Positions 38,679 to 48,628 of a stretch of 64,000 nucleotides of DNA are shown piece after piece. Both the position numbers and the translations under genes were made by a program. Origin of the DNA: a virus (taxonomy: Duplodnaviria; Caudoviricetes); IMG/VR virus record IMGVR_UViG_3300032138_000647, positions 32,001-96,000 of that record, one strand, 5' to 3'. The stretch's first letter is position 1; every line of letters begins with the position of its first letter. The notes under the pieces were generated by a model that saw only the letters and a program-made list of their open reading frames with translations, had not been told where the DNA came from and made no database searches.

Positions 38679-39389
38679 TTAAACATCCTCCTTAGTAAAC
38701 AAAAAATCTCCATCATGTATTGCAACCATACCATCCCCCGCTGATATTTCTACACCATGTTCTACACTTTGTATTTCACGCAACCCTTCGTTTGGTCTAA
38801 TATTATAAAAGCATCGGTATCCCCTACTGAAAAAGAATTCAAACGAGGTAGATGGGGGATATTTGTTGAACTTGTGGTAAATCTCCACCATACATGTAGG
38901 GTTGAATTTATCTATCGTTTCTTGCGCCCCCTGCAACACATCAAGTTCAGTACCTTCTGTGTCAACCTTTATGAATCCCACGTTGTCTATATCCATACTG
39001 TCTATTGTACAAGCCTCAACCTCAATCGGAATGCCACCCACCAAGTTTTGGAAAGAACTATTTGACAGTCTCTTGTCATCAACGAAGAAGACGGACTTTC
39101 CATTGAAGTTTGACAACGCCAGATTGTATGTAGTGATGTTGTCGAATTGTGACTCAAGTTTTTTTAGCTGCTTATGTACCTCTGGCACCGCCTCAAAGGA
39201 ATATACATGCTTGGAGTGTTTGCAAAACCAAGTAGAATATATACCTGCCGCTCCCCCTATGTCAATAGTGTTCTTTTCTTTCGATAGAAATTCTTTCGTC
39301 TGACCCAACATAAAATTCGCCGTGTGTAGATCGTATGACTTCTGGCTGAACACTCTCTTCTGTAAGACTTGATCGCTTAGTTGTCTCAT
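38679..39389 (-). CDS. FkbM-family methyltransferase
   Basis: IDIGGAAGIYS, VYSFEA and FIKVDTEGTELDVLQGA motifs. Start reassigned to 39389 (AAGGAGG RBS, TAATG overlap). Confidence 0.88.
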   Translation of the reverse strand: MRQLSDQVLQKRVFSQKSYDLHTANFMLGQTKEFLSKEKNTIDIGGAAGIYSTWFCKHSKHVYSFEAVPEVHKQLKKLESQFDNITTYNLALSNFNGKSVFFVDDKRLSNSSFQNLVGGIPIEVEACTIDSMDIDNVGFIKVDTEGTELDVLQGAQETIDKFNPTCMVEIYHKFNKYPPSTSFEFFFSRGYRCFYNIRPNEGLREIQSVEHGVEISAGDGMVAIHDGDFLFTKEDV

Positions 39390-40420
39390 TATGACCTCCT
39401 TATAGCTATTTGTAAATTGATTCTTCGGCCAGACTTGCACGCTCCACCAACATGGCTCATAGCTGGATCAAATAATATTGCATTGCCCAGATTGGATGTG
39501 AATGGAACTAGTTTTTTTTGAAGCTTACTATTTATCTCAGACCCATCAATACACAAGGGTCCGTATATAGAGGTCTTCCTTAACCTTTCAGGTAACGACA
39601 TAAAAAACCTACGCTTCAGTTCAGAGTCTAGGTAGTTTCCGGTGCAGTTTGCTTTAGCTGCCAGTCTGGTGTCTTGAGGTATAGAGTATCTGTGGCTTTG
39701 TGGTATATAGGTAAACGGGCCGTCATCTAAACCAACGTCGTCTAGGTATAGAATGCACTTCATTGTACCACCCTTGGGATCAAAGTGGAGATTAAACAAA
39801 TCAGTACCGTAGCCTATGTCACTGAACACTTGCCTTAAGTGTATATCGCCCACCATAGCTACGTGAAGCGTTACGGTTGCTACATGCATACTATTATAAC
39901 CAAAGTAGTCGTTGGCCCACCCCAAAATACCGTTACGTCTCAGAATGTCATCTACTATTCTAATGTAGTCTCCGTTTTTGTCGTAGCCTTTTGATCTGTC
40001 ATAGGTGGAATATATACCACGGGATTCCGAGTTGATTAACTTGTCTATATCATTTTGTATATATGACTTAAGAGTTAGCATGTCTGAATCTGGCAGAGTG
40101 TATACAACACTTCCATTCTCCGCTAGTTCCTGTGCTTGTTTTGGTAGGCTGTCAAAATCCTTAAAGCTATCAGACCTAGATTTGTTTTCCCAAGTGGATT
40201 GCTTATTTATATTTGCAAAAAACTCGTTCAGTAGCGTTAGTAATTTTGGAGTCTTTTGAAGATCCTGTGTCATTATACCCTTCACTTCTGGAAGAGATTT
40301 ACCTACGTATTTTGATTCGTCAACTTCTGGATATCCCATTAGTGGCGGAACCATATTAGGGTCAGGCCAAATAAAATCTGTCACGCACTCTAGCGGGTAT
40401 CCGGGTGATCTGTTGTTCAT
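39389..40420 (-). CDS. PhyH-like Fe(II)/2-oxoglutarate dioxygenase
   Basis: LHFD (HxD)...KCILYLDDV...GPFTYIPQSH...GNAILFD..HVGG...R. Confidence 0.75.
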   Translation of the reverse strand: MNNRSPGYPLECVTDFIWPDPNMVPPLMGYPEVDESKYVGKSLPEVKGIMTQDLQKTPKLLTLLNEFFANINKQSTWENKSRSDSFKDFDSLPKQAQELAENGSVVYTLPDSDMLTLKSYIQNDIDKLINSESRGIYSTYDRSKGYDKNGDYIRIVDDILRRNGILGWANDYFGYNSMHVATVTLHVAMVGDIHLRQVFSDIGYGTDLFNLHFDPKGGTMKCILYLDDVGLDDGPFTYIPQSHRYSIPQDTRLAAKANCTGNYLDSELKRRFFMSLPERLRKTSIYGPLCIDGSEINSKLQKKLVPFTSNLGNAILFDPAMSHVGGACKSGRRINLQIAIRRS

Positions 40421-41103
40421 TGTTTAGTTTCCAATTGTGTGTTCATTTCTACCCACATCTCTGCGTAATCCACATCTCTACATTCGTCAAACCAAGGACC
40501 GCCATTTGTAAAGTGGATCACTGCCGGTGGAGTGTCAGGTTTTTCATACTCACCTTCTAACCAGTTCCACTCCAGCGGTAGTTCTCCTATTAAGTCGTCG
40601 TCCAAAAATTGAAACCTGTGTAGGTAGGCTCCGGTTTCTGTGCTGGCAACCGTTGGGTCTAACATCCTGTTGGCCTCATGACCACAGTTCCAAAGAACAC
40701 AGCTAGACCAATTTTTTCTCGGATATGCTATCTGCTTTTGCCCATCCATCTTGGCCGCAGCTTTGGGGACATAGTCGTGCTTAACACACATTACTGCGTA
40801 TTGATCATCTGCCATGGAGAAAAGTTTTGCTACGTCTTTCGTGAACAGAAAGTCACAGTCTATGAATAAAGACCATCCTTCATATTCGGATAAGTACGGG
40901 GTTAAAAATCTTGTATAAGTAAACTCAACAGAACCGGCTTCTGGTTGTTCTCTGAAATATTCTCCCGTATCCATTAAATCGCTGCGAACAATTGGCTGAA
41001 TATTTAGTTCTACTGAAGAGTGTTTCAGCAGCGAGTGTACACAAACATCATATGCATCTTGCTCCCTAGAATCCCACCCGATAAAGACTTTGTTATTTCG
41101 CAC
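40417..41103 (-). CDS. GT-A glycosyltransferase (GT8-like, plant CDI-like family)
   Basis: VFIGWDSRE, SVEFTYTRFLTP, FIDCDFL, YPRKNWSS and IHFTNGGPWF motifs. Confidence 0.85.
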   Translation of the reverse strand: MRNNKVFIGWDSREQDAYDVCVHSLLKHSSVELNIQPIVRSDLMDTGEYFREQPEAGSVEFTYTRFLTPYLSEYEGWSLFIDCDFLFTKDVAKLFSMADDQYAVMCVKHDYVPKAAAKMDGQKQIAYPRKNWSSCVLWNCGHEANRMLDPTVASTETGAYLHRFQFLDDDLIGELPLEWNWLEGEYEKPDTPPAVIHFTNGGPWFDECRDVDYAEMWVEMNTQLETKQ

Positions 41104-41108
41104 TATTG

Positions 41109-41639
41109 CTACTCCTTAAAACAGACTATGTCTAAATGCCAAGGTTTATTTTTTTGTCTTTGGAAGTTTATATACCCAGACGATTCTAACAGTTCCTTTA
41201 GAGAACGTTCATCATACCCACTTTTATGAACGTCCCACAGGGTGTCAAAGGAGGTAAGGTGTGCCGATTTTCCGTGCTCTCTTTGAGCGCCATAAAACCC
41301 TTTGATGGCATGGTTAAAACTTTTAGCCCTTGTGTTTGTCTGCCGGTTATTATAGAACTCTATATATTCATTTACGTGATATTTTAAGTCGGGCATTATT
41401 AGGTGAATTTTGCCTCCACCCTTTAGTATATTAAACCAAACACGCAAAGTTTCTCTCCCCTGAGCAAAGGTTAAATGCTCAAACATATGACTAGAATGTA
41501 TGACTTCTACTGTTCCTGCGTCTACATATTTGTCGATTTCCCAGCAGTTGCACACGTATGTAACATTTTCAATATCGCGTACATCGCAACAGGTAAATCC
41601 CTTGTTAGCTCTAGAACTACCACCAAATTCAATTTTCAC
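41109..41639 (-). CDS. Class I SAM-dependent methyltransferase
   Basis: KIEFGG, HSSHMFEHL and LKGGGKIHLIMPD motifs. Confidence 0.8.
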   Translation of the reverse strand: MKIEFGGSSRANKGFTCCDVRDIENVTYVCNCWEIDKYVDAGTVEVIHSSHMFEHLTFAQGRETLRVWFNILKGGGKIHLIMPDLKYHVNEYIEFYNNRQTNTRAKSFNHAIKGFYGAQREHGKSAHLTSFDTLWDVHKSGYDERSLKELLESSGYINFQRQKNKPWHLDIVCFKE

Positions 41640-41641
41640 TG

Positions 41642-42187
41642 CTATGCTCCATTATCTCGTCTAAAAAACATGCCTGTCATTTCCATGAAGCTTTTGTTAT
41701 TTTTTTTATTCATAGTCGAATGTTCTATTATCTGCTTGGTAATATCGCCATCATATGTAAGGCCGTAGTTAGAAAAAACTTCAATCCAATATTCTCTAGG
41801 CTGACAGTTTACATGATGGTGGCCGGGATATCCCGGCGGGGCAGCGGTGCAAATAACAAACTTGCACTTAGAAAATACATCCATATAGTTTGGTTGGTAT
41901 TTTTCATAGACGTGTTCCAAAAATTCTACAGACCAGCCTAAATCAAAATCCCCAATATCGTTAATAGCCCCTTTAGAAAAGTCATGTGTAAGCAATCCCT
42001 CTTGCTTGACTGACGGGTCACCGTCTATACCGAGCCACTGCACATTAAGTGAGTCAGCAGTTGTCTTCATTCCCGCAGGGCCACACCCCACGTCTACCAT
42101 AGAGGATACGTGAAAATTGTCAACCAAAAAGGATAGAGCGCCACGATCTACCCATGTTCTACCCATGTGTCCTCCAAGGTGGCTCAT
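41642..42187 (-). CDS. Class I SAM-dependent methyltransferase
   Basis: VDVGCGPAG, GIDG, FDLGWSVEFLEHV and GHHHVNCQ motifs. Confidence 0.85.
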   Translation of the reverse strand: MSHLGGHMGRTWVDRGALSFLVDNFHVSSMVDVGCGPAGMKTTADSLNVQWLGIDGDPSVKQEGLLTHDFSKGAINDIGDFDLGWSVEFLEHVYEKYQPNYMDVFSKCKFVICTAAPPGYPGHHHVNCQPREYWIEVFSNYGLTYDGDITKQIIEHSTMNKKNNKSFMEMTGMFFRRDNGA

Positions 42188-43089
42188 GTTATTACTCCTA
42201 TCTGTCTAAACGGAATTCCTTTGGCTATTTCGTCTCCATTCCACTGAGTGTACGACAAGTCGCACAGCCACTGATGCCTTTCGGGAAGAATGGGGTTTTC
42301 TATGTTTAAGTCGTGGCCGCTAACATCCCAACTCATTGAGCCTTTATCTGAAACAAATGAGGGTACGCCGTATATGGCTGCTTCCACTGTTGAGTTTGAG
42401 TTGTATGACACAACGCACCAAGCGTTGTCAAAGTCTTCCTTGAGAGTTGAGCCTGTTCTTGTTACTCTGTCGTTTTTAAGAGCGTCCTGTACTATAGCGC
42501 TGTACTCATGGGCTATGGGGGTCTGTGCGCATCCCCCTTCAGAAATTTTCGGATGTTCCCTGATAACTATATCCCTTTGGCTGGATGACAGCAATGCCTC
42601 CACTGTGTTTTTAATATATGTCGGGTAGTGTGTATTGACAACTGCGGCATCCCATGGAAGCTGCAAGCAGAATAGCACACAACCGCTCTTGTTTACCTTC
42701 CATGGCTGAAGTTTTATGCCCCATTTATCTATACGCTTACTGTCCATGTTCTTATTGCAGAAGTTAGCCCTTCCGTTCAGGGCGTCCCATCCTACTGACC
42801 AGTATTCGGACCTCCTGTAGATAAACCCAAGATCAGTAACGATATGACGATCTCCGGCTTGTTTTTGGTGTTCCATAAGTCTACCAATCACCTGACCCCT
42901 TTCCGTGGCAGGCTTGTGTCCACCTAACGCCACGGAGATGCTGCAAGAAATATCTGGGGACCACGACATCAGGTCTATCACTGTAGAATTCAAGCCGTGA
43001 TCTTTCAATACCTGATTGAGGCTAGAAAAGGATCGCCGCCAAAAGTCTGGAGCAACCGGTGGAACAAACAGTACGATGTCATGTCTCAT
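42184..43089 (-). CDS. KpsS/KpsC-like (GT107-like) glycosyltransferase, candidate Kdo transferase, paralog 2
   Basis: LQLPWD (QxxxD) and IREHP (HP) motifs, plus VSYNSNSTVEAAIYGVP, as in beta-Kdo transferases. Confidence 0.6.
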   Translation of the reverse strand: MRHDIVLFVPPVAPDFWRRSFSSLNQVLKDHGLNSTVIDLMSWSPDISCSISVALGGHKPATERGQVIGRLMEHQKQAGDRHIVTDLGFIYRRSEYWSVGWDALNGRANFCNKNMDSKRIDKWGIKLQPWKVNKSGCVLFCLQLPWDAAVVNTHYPTYIKNTVEALLSSSQRDIVIREHPKISEGGCAQTPIAHEYSAIVQDALKNDRVTRTGSTLKEDFDNAWCVVSYNSNSTVEAAIYGVPSFVSDKGSMSWDVSGHDLNIENPILPERHQWLCDLSYTQWNGDEIAKGIPFRQIGVIT

Positions 43090-43096
43090 CTTGGTC

Positions 43097-43741
43097 TCAT
43101 CTTATCCCGTAATTGCAGTTGTGTCTATCTAGTATGTCTATGCCATACTGATAGTTACTCTCATACCAGTCTTGTGGGCGGGCCACTTTAGGTACAGACT
43201 TGTTGACTGTGAGATCGTTATACTGCCCACACTCTGAAACTCCAAATATCTCAAAGCTCCTGAAGCCAGCCAGTATAAGCCAGTATAGGGCTGTGTGGTA
43301 TCCGCTAAGCAGAAATGGAAATAAAACATCGTCTCCTCTTGGGTGTATATCCATGCTGCTGTATCTTTCAGACTTGTCTTGAGTAAATAGTTTGTATGTA
43401 TATATATTGTTGCCTTCACAGTAGTTCTTCAGGGCTTGGTGGAACACATGTCTTTCTATCGGAATGTCTTCGTGTATTCCAGCCTGCCCATCTTCTGTTG
43501 CATGCATCACCAATGGCACTATAACGTTGTCAACATGGTCTATATTGCCCGTCTCAAAAAACTCCACGTCGTTAGAAAACAAGAAATCGCATCGTTCAAA
43601 AAGATTGCAAGCGCTGGTAGTAACGGCCACATACTTGCCGTCCACGTGGCTTGGAGCATCTATAGACGAAGGCCCTTTGCAGCACAGCAGTACTGTCTTC
43701 GACGTATCGAAATTATGATCTGCTAGTTTTTGTATGTTCAT
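43097..43741 (-). CDS. Maf/DUF115- or GT29/GT42-like ulosonic-acid transferase-like protein
   Basis: VLLCCKGPSS (GxGPS-like) and SGYHTALYWLILAGFRSFEIFGV motifs. Directly downstream of kdsB. Confidence 0.5.
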   Translation of the reverse strand: MNIQKLADHNFDTSKTVLLCCKGPSSIDAPSHVDGKYVAVTTSACNLFERCDFLFSNDVEFFETGNIDHVDNVIVPLVMHATEDGQAGIHEDIPIERHVFHQALKNYCEGNNIYTYKLFTQDKSERYSSMDIHPRGDDVLFPFLLSGYHTALYWLILAGFRSFEIFGVSECGQYNDLTVNKSVPKVARPQDWYESNYQYGIDILDRHNCNYGIR

Positions 43742-44432
43742 TTACAAACCTATCATAGTCTTCCTGAGTGTCTATACCTGTAGTTTGCATGTCCCTAACT
43801 AGAACCTTAACAGCAAGTCCGTTTTCTACCCACTGTAGCTGCTCTAAGTTTTCAGTTGGGTTGGCAGGCCCGTCTAGCATCCACATGGTTTCAAGAAACG
43901 AGGAACTATAGGCGTACACTCCAATATGCTTAAGGCTAAGGTGTTTGCCCCCGTGAGGAATTGGGCTTCGGCTAAAATACATGGCTCTATCTTCGGTTCC
44001 TAGCACCACTTTTACAACGTTGGGGTTAATATATTCCGAGTAGGAAGCTTTGGTTGCCAACGTGGCTATATTCCACCCATATTCTGGAGGGTCAAAAATT
44101 TCAAACAATTCGTCTACGTAGGTCATGCCTACTGAAGGTTCATCTCCTTGAACATTAACAATAGACCCGCTTAACTCAAGGCTCTTGCACGCTGATGCTA
44201 ACCTCTCTGTGCCAGAGGAACACTCCTCGGTCATAACGACTTGTGCTTCATCCTTTACGGCGTCTCTTATCTCTTCGCTGTCGGTTGCTACAATTATAGA
44301 TGTAGCTAACTTGGATTGTTTTGCGTTTTGCACCGTGTGCCAGATTAAAGGGTGTCCCGTGTCGCTTTTAAGAAGCTTGCAGGGTAGCCTTTGTGACTCC
44401 AGCCTAGCCGGTATTATAATGTGATTAGACAT
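43713..44432 (-). CDS. kdsB: CMP-Kdo synthetase (3-deoxy-manno-octulosonate cytidylyltransferase)
   Basis: IIIPARLESQRLP.K, VATDS, SGTERL, VNVQGDEP, MYFSRSPIP, KHIGVYAY, ENLEQL and GIDTQED motifs. Confidence 0.93.
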   Translation of the reverse strand: MSNHIIIPARLESQRLPCKLLKSDTGHPLIWHTVQNAKQSKLATSIIVATDSEEIRDAVKDEAQVVMTEECSSGTERLASACKSLELSGSIVNVQGDEPSVGMTYVDELFEIFDPPEYGWNIATLATKASYSEYINPNVVKVVLGTEDRAMYFSRSPIPHGGKHLSLKHIGVYAYSSSFLETMWMLDGPANPTENLEQLQWVENGLAVKVLVRDMQTTGIDTQEDYDRFVNEHTKTSRS

Positions 44433-45210
44433 ATTTATTGCTGTAACCTAAACATTCGGACACATAAAAGTAGAACCTCTCTAAGCCGTGCTCTACATTT
44501 CCATCTGCCGCATAGTGAGGGGTAAAGAAGTTTGGATGAGCACATGCATGAGCCATGCTAACGATGTCTCTCTTCGCTAAGAATACGTTACCAGCGCAAA
44601 AATCTGGATATTTATTTCCAACCAACCCTTCGTGTAAAGCTAAAACCCACTGAAGTTCTTTGAGCCACATTGTCGTGTGGCACGCGCCTACAACCTGATG
44701 TCTTCTTTCTAAGGGAACCCCTTGGTGTGTATCTATGATGTCGTGGATTTGGAGTATCTTTTGCTTGTGTTTCTCTGCGGACACAATTCCCGCGTCTTTT
44801 TCCCTAATATAGTTGAGGCTCTCCTTTAAACCACCTTGAGTAATAAAGGGGTCTATTAATTCCTTTAGCCAGCCGCCACATGGGTCATTAGTTTTTTTAT
44901 CGTGAGCATATAGAACATACTTGGTATCGTCTTTATTCCTTGCGTGTGTATTATAAAACCCCCACTGATCTGTACCCTTGTTTTCCACAAGTGTTACTTC
45001 TATAGAACTAAACAGATCTTGTGATTCCTTCATCAACATGTCGTTTGCGCTATCGTTGTCCTTGATGAGAGACATATAGACCTTACCCTTCCAGACGGAG
45101 CCTATCTGATTTAGCAACCAGATGCCGACTTCCTCATACATCAAGTGCATGTGTACAGACAGGTCTTTGTCCTCTTCACCAAGGGGCCTGACCCCAGACA
45201 GGTCTCTCAT
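44425..45210 (-). CDS. RgpF-like (rhamnan synthesis F) glycosyltransferase
   Basis: VHMHLMY, VENKGTD, YAHDKKT, FCAGNVF and DGNVEHGLER motifs. Confidence 0.7.
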   Translation of the reverse strand: MRDLSGVRPLGEEDKDLSVHMHLMYEEVGIWLLNQIGSVWKGKVYMSLIKDNDSANDMLMKESQDLFSSIEVTLVENKGTDQWGFYNTHARNKDDTKYVLYAHDKKTNDPCGGWLKELIDPFITQGGLKESLNYIREKDAGIVSAEKHKQKILQIHDIIDTHQGVPLERRHQVVGACHTTMWLKELQWVLALHEGLVGNKYPDFCAGNVFLAKRDIVSMAHACAHPNFFTPHYAADGNVEHGLERFYFYVSECLGYSNKYV

Positions 45211-45212
45211 AT

Positions 45213-45959
45213 TTATTTTCCCCACTTGCAGGCTTGGTGTGCAAAAAAAGTGTTGCCCACGTAGTAATCCCTCTTGAAACCCTCAGACTTAAGAAAGGGG
45301 TTTAGGGTTGACCCAACGTCTAGGTAGGTATTGCTATCGTTAAAGTCGGTTAACTGGTGACAAAGAACGTTTCCAAAAGGGCCACAGCAAAACAGGAATA
45401 CATAGTCCTCAATGTGCTCCTCCTCTATATACCGCTTGCTTTCTTCTATCAGGTTCCAGTCGTACTCCCAAGCGTTCTTGCTAATAGGAAATACTTTGTC
45501 TGGTGTAAAGGGCAGGCTGTCCAAGTCCCCGTCCTTGTGGCAATATAAAACAGTTTTTCGTTGTGAGTAGATAGGTAGTATGTTAGCCTGATAGTAGCGG
45601 TAGTTTTTATTGACCCAAATGTTTGCCCATGTAATCATGTCTTCCGGCTGACCACAGCCCTCAAGCATCTCCAAAAATGTGTCTTGGCCTTGGCAGCAAG
45701 GACAAGAGATGCCTACATAGTACTGAGGGTGCTGGAATTTGAAGGAGTCCAGAAGCATCCCTCTCTTGGTCTGGTCTTGCTCGCTGTCTTTATCAAACCA
45801 GAACTCAGAGTTATTGATGCTAACATCCTGCATGACAGCCCACTCACCATCAGCATACTTAGAAAAGCTAAAGTTAATGTTGTTTGCCAGCTTGTTTTTG
45901 AAGAACTTGATGTCCTCCGCAAACGACTTATTGGGGGGCATCGTTAAAGAAAAAAGCAT
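45213..45959 (-). CDS. GT-D fold (DUF1792-like) glycosyltransferase
   Basis: FSFSKYADGE, FLFCCGP and YLDVGS motifs. Alternative start at 45941. Confidence 0.6.
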   Translation of the reverse strand: MLFSLTMPPNKSFAEDIKFFKNKLANNINFSFSKYADGEWAVMQDVSINNSEFWFDKDSEQDQTKRGMLLDSFKFQHPQYYVGISCPCCQGQDTFLEMLEGCGQPEDMITWANIWVNKNYRYYQANILPIYSQRKTVLYCHKDGDLDSLPFTPDKVFPISKNAWEYDWNLIEESKRYIEEEHIEDYVFLFCCGPFGNVLCHQLTDFNDSNTYLDVGSTLNPFLKSEGFKRDYYVGNTFFAHQACKWGK

Positions 45960-46965
45960 TTAATATCTCCACTATTTTTTCCGTAGAGTGACCGTCTCCG
46001 TAGGGACACTCCTGATCTATAAGGGAATTCTTTTCCCGTTTCAGCTTATAGAAAAGCTCTTTTAGGTCTGCGGGCTTTTCGCACAGCATTGCAAAATCTT
46101 CAAGCCCTTCTACCCTTTCGGTAAACTTGCGACACACAACGCATTTCTTTCTTAGAAAGCAGGACTCCTCCTGTATTCCACCGCTGTCTGTAATTACGAA
46201 GTTGCACCTGCTGATATAATCGATACACTCTGCGTGAGGTAAGGCGGGCAAGACTTTCACATGTTCTAGCAAGTGTTGAAATCTCGTTACGGCAGGGTTG
46301 GGGTGAATCGGTAGTATAATTTCCAACCCGTCATATGCCAACTTCTCATCCTTGGCTATGTCGTTGATAGCCTTAAACCATTCTGCCATGAGTTCGTGGT
46401 TTTCTCTGCGGTGCATGGTGACCAAAACAAAGTCTCCCAGACTAGGCTCTATGTCCACTAGGTAGTCAAGCACTGTGTTTCCTACCACATGAGTAACGGC
46501 TTGTGGGTTAGAGCTTAGAACATTTTCCGCCGATGTTTCTGTGGGGCATAGATGGATGTCGGCAAGTCCAGTTATGGAGACACGGTTGCACTCTTCGGGA
46601 TAGGGGTGGTGCTTGTTGAATGTTCTTAGCCCGGCTTCCAAGTGAATAACTGGTATGTTCCTGTGAAATGCAGCCAAGGCCACGGCGAAAGCCGAGGTGG
46701 TATCTCCCTGTACCATGACCGCAGAACACTCATCTTGCTCTGGAAACTGGCTTAGGATAGAGCAAACAATTGAATCTAGCCTGTTGTCACAGGCGTCATC
46801 TTGGATTTCAATAGTCTCGCAATCATAGTCTTCTATGCTGCTGTCTATCAATGATGTGTGTTGCCCAGTAAACAGGAGCTTAAACGGTATCTGTCCATCG
46901 ATAGCATCTACCACTGGCTTTATCTTAATCCATTCCGGTCTAGTTCCAAAAGATATCAGTATCAT
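45928..46965 (-). CDS. wecB: UDP-N-acetylglucosamine 2-epimerase (non-hydrolysing)
   Basis: FGTRPEWIK, TGQH, QGDT, HLEAGLRT, PEE, HRREN, HPNP, TDSGGIQEE and PYGDG motifs. Confidence 0.93.
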   Translation of the reverse strand: MILISFGTRPEWIKIKPVVDAIDGQIPFKLLFTGQHTSLIDSSIEDYDCETIEIQDDACDNRLDSIVCSILSQFPEQDECSAVMVQGDTTSAFAVALAAFHRNIPVIHLEAGLRTFNKHHPYPEECNRVSITGLADIHLCPTETSAENVLSSNPQAVTHVVGNTVLDYLVDIEPSLGDFVLVTMHRRENHELMAEWFKAINDIAKDEKLAYDGLEIILPIHPNPAVTRFQHLLEHVKVLPALPHAECIDYISRCNFVITDSGGIQEESCFLRKKCVVCRKFTERVEGLEDFAMLCEKPADLKELFYKLKREKNSLIDQECPYGDGHSTEKIVEILNAFFFNDAPQ

Positions 46966-47705
46966 TTTCTATCCTTTACTAGTTTGTAACCTTGGGATAA
47001 TATATAGTTCCAGTAAGAGTGAGCCTGCATGTGGCCCTCGGAAGTTCTAGATGTGGCAGCCATGTCCTCGCCGTACTTAGAGGGGTCTAAGGAACCCCAT
47101 AAGTCCTTGTTGTCTTCAGGGTGAGGAGGAACATATGTGCTAAGCCCGAAGTGTTTTTGCAAGACGTAGGAAAAGTGCATATCTTCACCACCTAGAGTAA
47201 GGCGAGTCTTTGGCATCTCAGCCCAGTACGCCCTAAGCCATTCTTTTTCAAAGAACCAACAATGCCCCATGATATCAACCTCTTCCGGCTCTCCGTTGTT
47301 TGCTCCTGCTCCAAAGCATTCATACTTGCATCCGGGATAGTTGGTATATGTATCATCTGTAAACCTTAATCCCCGACATCCCAAGAGACCTCTGTGGGTC
47401 TTCATGGTTTCCAAACAATTTTCCAACCACTGTTTTCCGGGGATGGTGTCGTCATCTAGAACGCAAACATATTCTGAAGAAGCGTTAAGAGCAAATGCGA
47501 ACCTAGCCCAAACGCCCAGATTTTTATTGCAGAAAGCGGAGGTGCATCCTTCTATAGCTTCGGCTGGAAATTTTTCCATGGAAGCTTCGTGGTAGTTTCC
47601 CCAAAACATAATTTCTAAATCGTCTACGGTTTGGGATTTGACGGCATCGTACTGCTCTTGAAGCGTATGGGGTCTTCTGTATCCATTAAGAATAACTGAT
47701 ATCAT
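46962..47705 (-). CDS. GT2-like glycosyltransferase
   Basis: ISVILNGYRR, ARF, YVCVLDDD and GED motifs. Start reassigned to 47705 (ATGA overlap). Confidence 0.8.
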   Translation of the reverse strand: MISVILNGYRRPHTLQEQYDAVKSQTVDDLEIMFWGNYHEASMEKFPAEAIEGCTSAFCNKNLGVWARFAFALNASSEYVCVLDDDTIPGKQWLENCLETMKTHRGLLGCRGLRFTDDTYTNYPGCKYECFGAGANNGEPEEVDIMGHCWFFEKEWLRAYWAEMPKTRLTLGGEDMHFSYVLQKHFGLSTYVPPHPEDNKDLWGSLDPSKYGEDMAATSRTSEGHMQAHSYWNYILSQGYKLVKDRK

Positions 47706-48628
47706 GATTGCCACTCCTTAATCATCTGAGAAATAGACCTCTCAAGTTCAGAGCACTTAAGGCTCGAAAGAAGCCTCTTCACTCGATGCAAACAGGTGTG
47801 ACCCGTGGCTACGCTACGACGAACACTCTCAGAATTAAGCTTGCTGTTCATGATTTTGTCTGTTGTTAGGGAGACTGATTCGCTGGTTTTCAGTAGGGAC
47901 TGGATGGTGGTATTCATCCTTGTCGTCTGGCTGTCATACTTGGAATGATAGACAACGCTGTTTCCATAAAAAGCCGCATCAAAAAACGATTGAGGCAGGC
48001 CCATATCCTTGGTCGTTATGACAATGCGTTTATATTTAGGATACGCCCCATGCATGTGGAACGCTGGCATAAGAATGTCCACGTCGGCTTCCAGTGATTC
48101 ATCCTGAGTTAGGACGTGGTATGTTTCGTAGTTTTCAGTTAGACTATCCAGCCTTTTGCCAACGCTATAATCGGTAACTATGCCTAGTTCAATCTCATAG
48201 TCTGGTAGGTTTGGAGTCTGTCTGCTTAAAAATACATCAGCACCATGCATAACGCTTACCAGCTTGGTCTTTCGTTGTATAAGCTTGTTAAGCAGCATGG
48301 GCTGATTAGTAAAGAGAAAGGGAGCTTTAACTTTGTGGTCTAATAGTACAGAGTCTACAGTATCTAGGTGTGCCTGTTGGGCACCAGTTACATTTAATAT
48401 CATTTGGATGTTTTTGTGATTCGACATGTATTTAACTACATCTTCTGTGAGCAAACTGTAGTGGGTAATAAACAGGTCTGGTTTAGTGATATCGAACATA
48501 TCATAAACGCTAGCACTTCCATCCTTCCACAAGTGAGACTCTGCCCCATCAAGCGCATTGAGAGTTTCGTGAATGTATAGAGGCTCAGTGAACGAGCTAG
48601 TCGCGTAGTTTTGTACTAGTACCTTCAT
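47702..48628 (-). CDS. Divergent GT-B (CgeB/Glyco_trans_1_2-like) protein
   Basis: PDLFIT, SFFDAAFYG and C-terminal HTCLHRVKRLL, similar to the HTyxxR motif. Confidence 0.45.
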   Translation of the reverse strand: MKVLVQNYATSSFTEPLYIHETLNALDGAESHLWKDGSASVYDMFDITKPDLFITHYSLLTEDVVKYMSNHKNIQMILNVTGAQQAHLDTVDSVLLDHKVKAPFLFTNQPMLLNKLIQRKTKLVSVMHGADVFLSRQTPNLPDYEIELGIVTDYSVGKRLDSLTENYETYHVLTQDESLEADVDILMPAFHMHGAYPKYKRIVITTKDMGLPQSFFDAAFYGNSVVYHSKYDSQTTRMNTTIQSLLKTSESVSLTTDKIMNSKLNSESVRRSVATGHTCLHRVKRLLSSLKCSELERSISQMIKEWQS

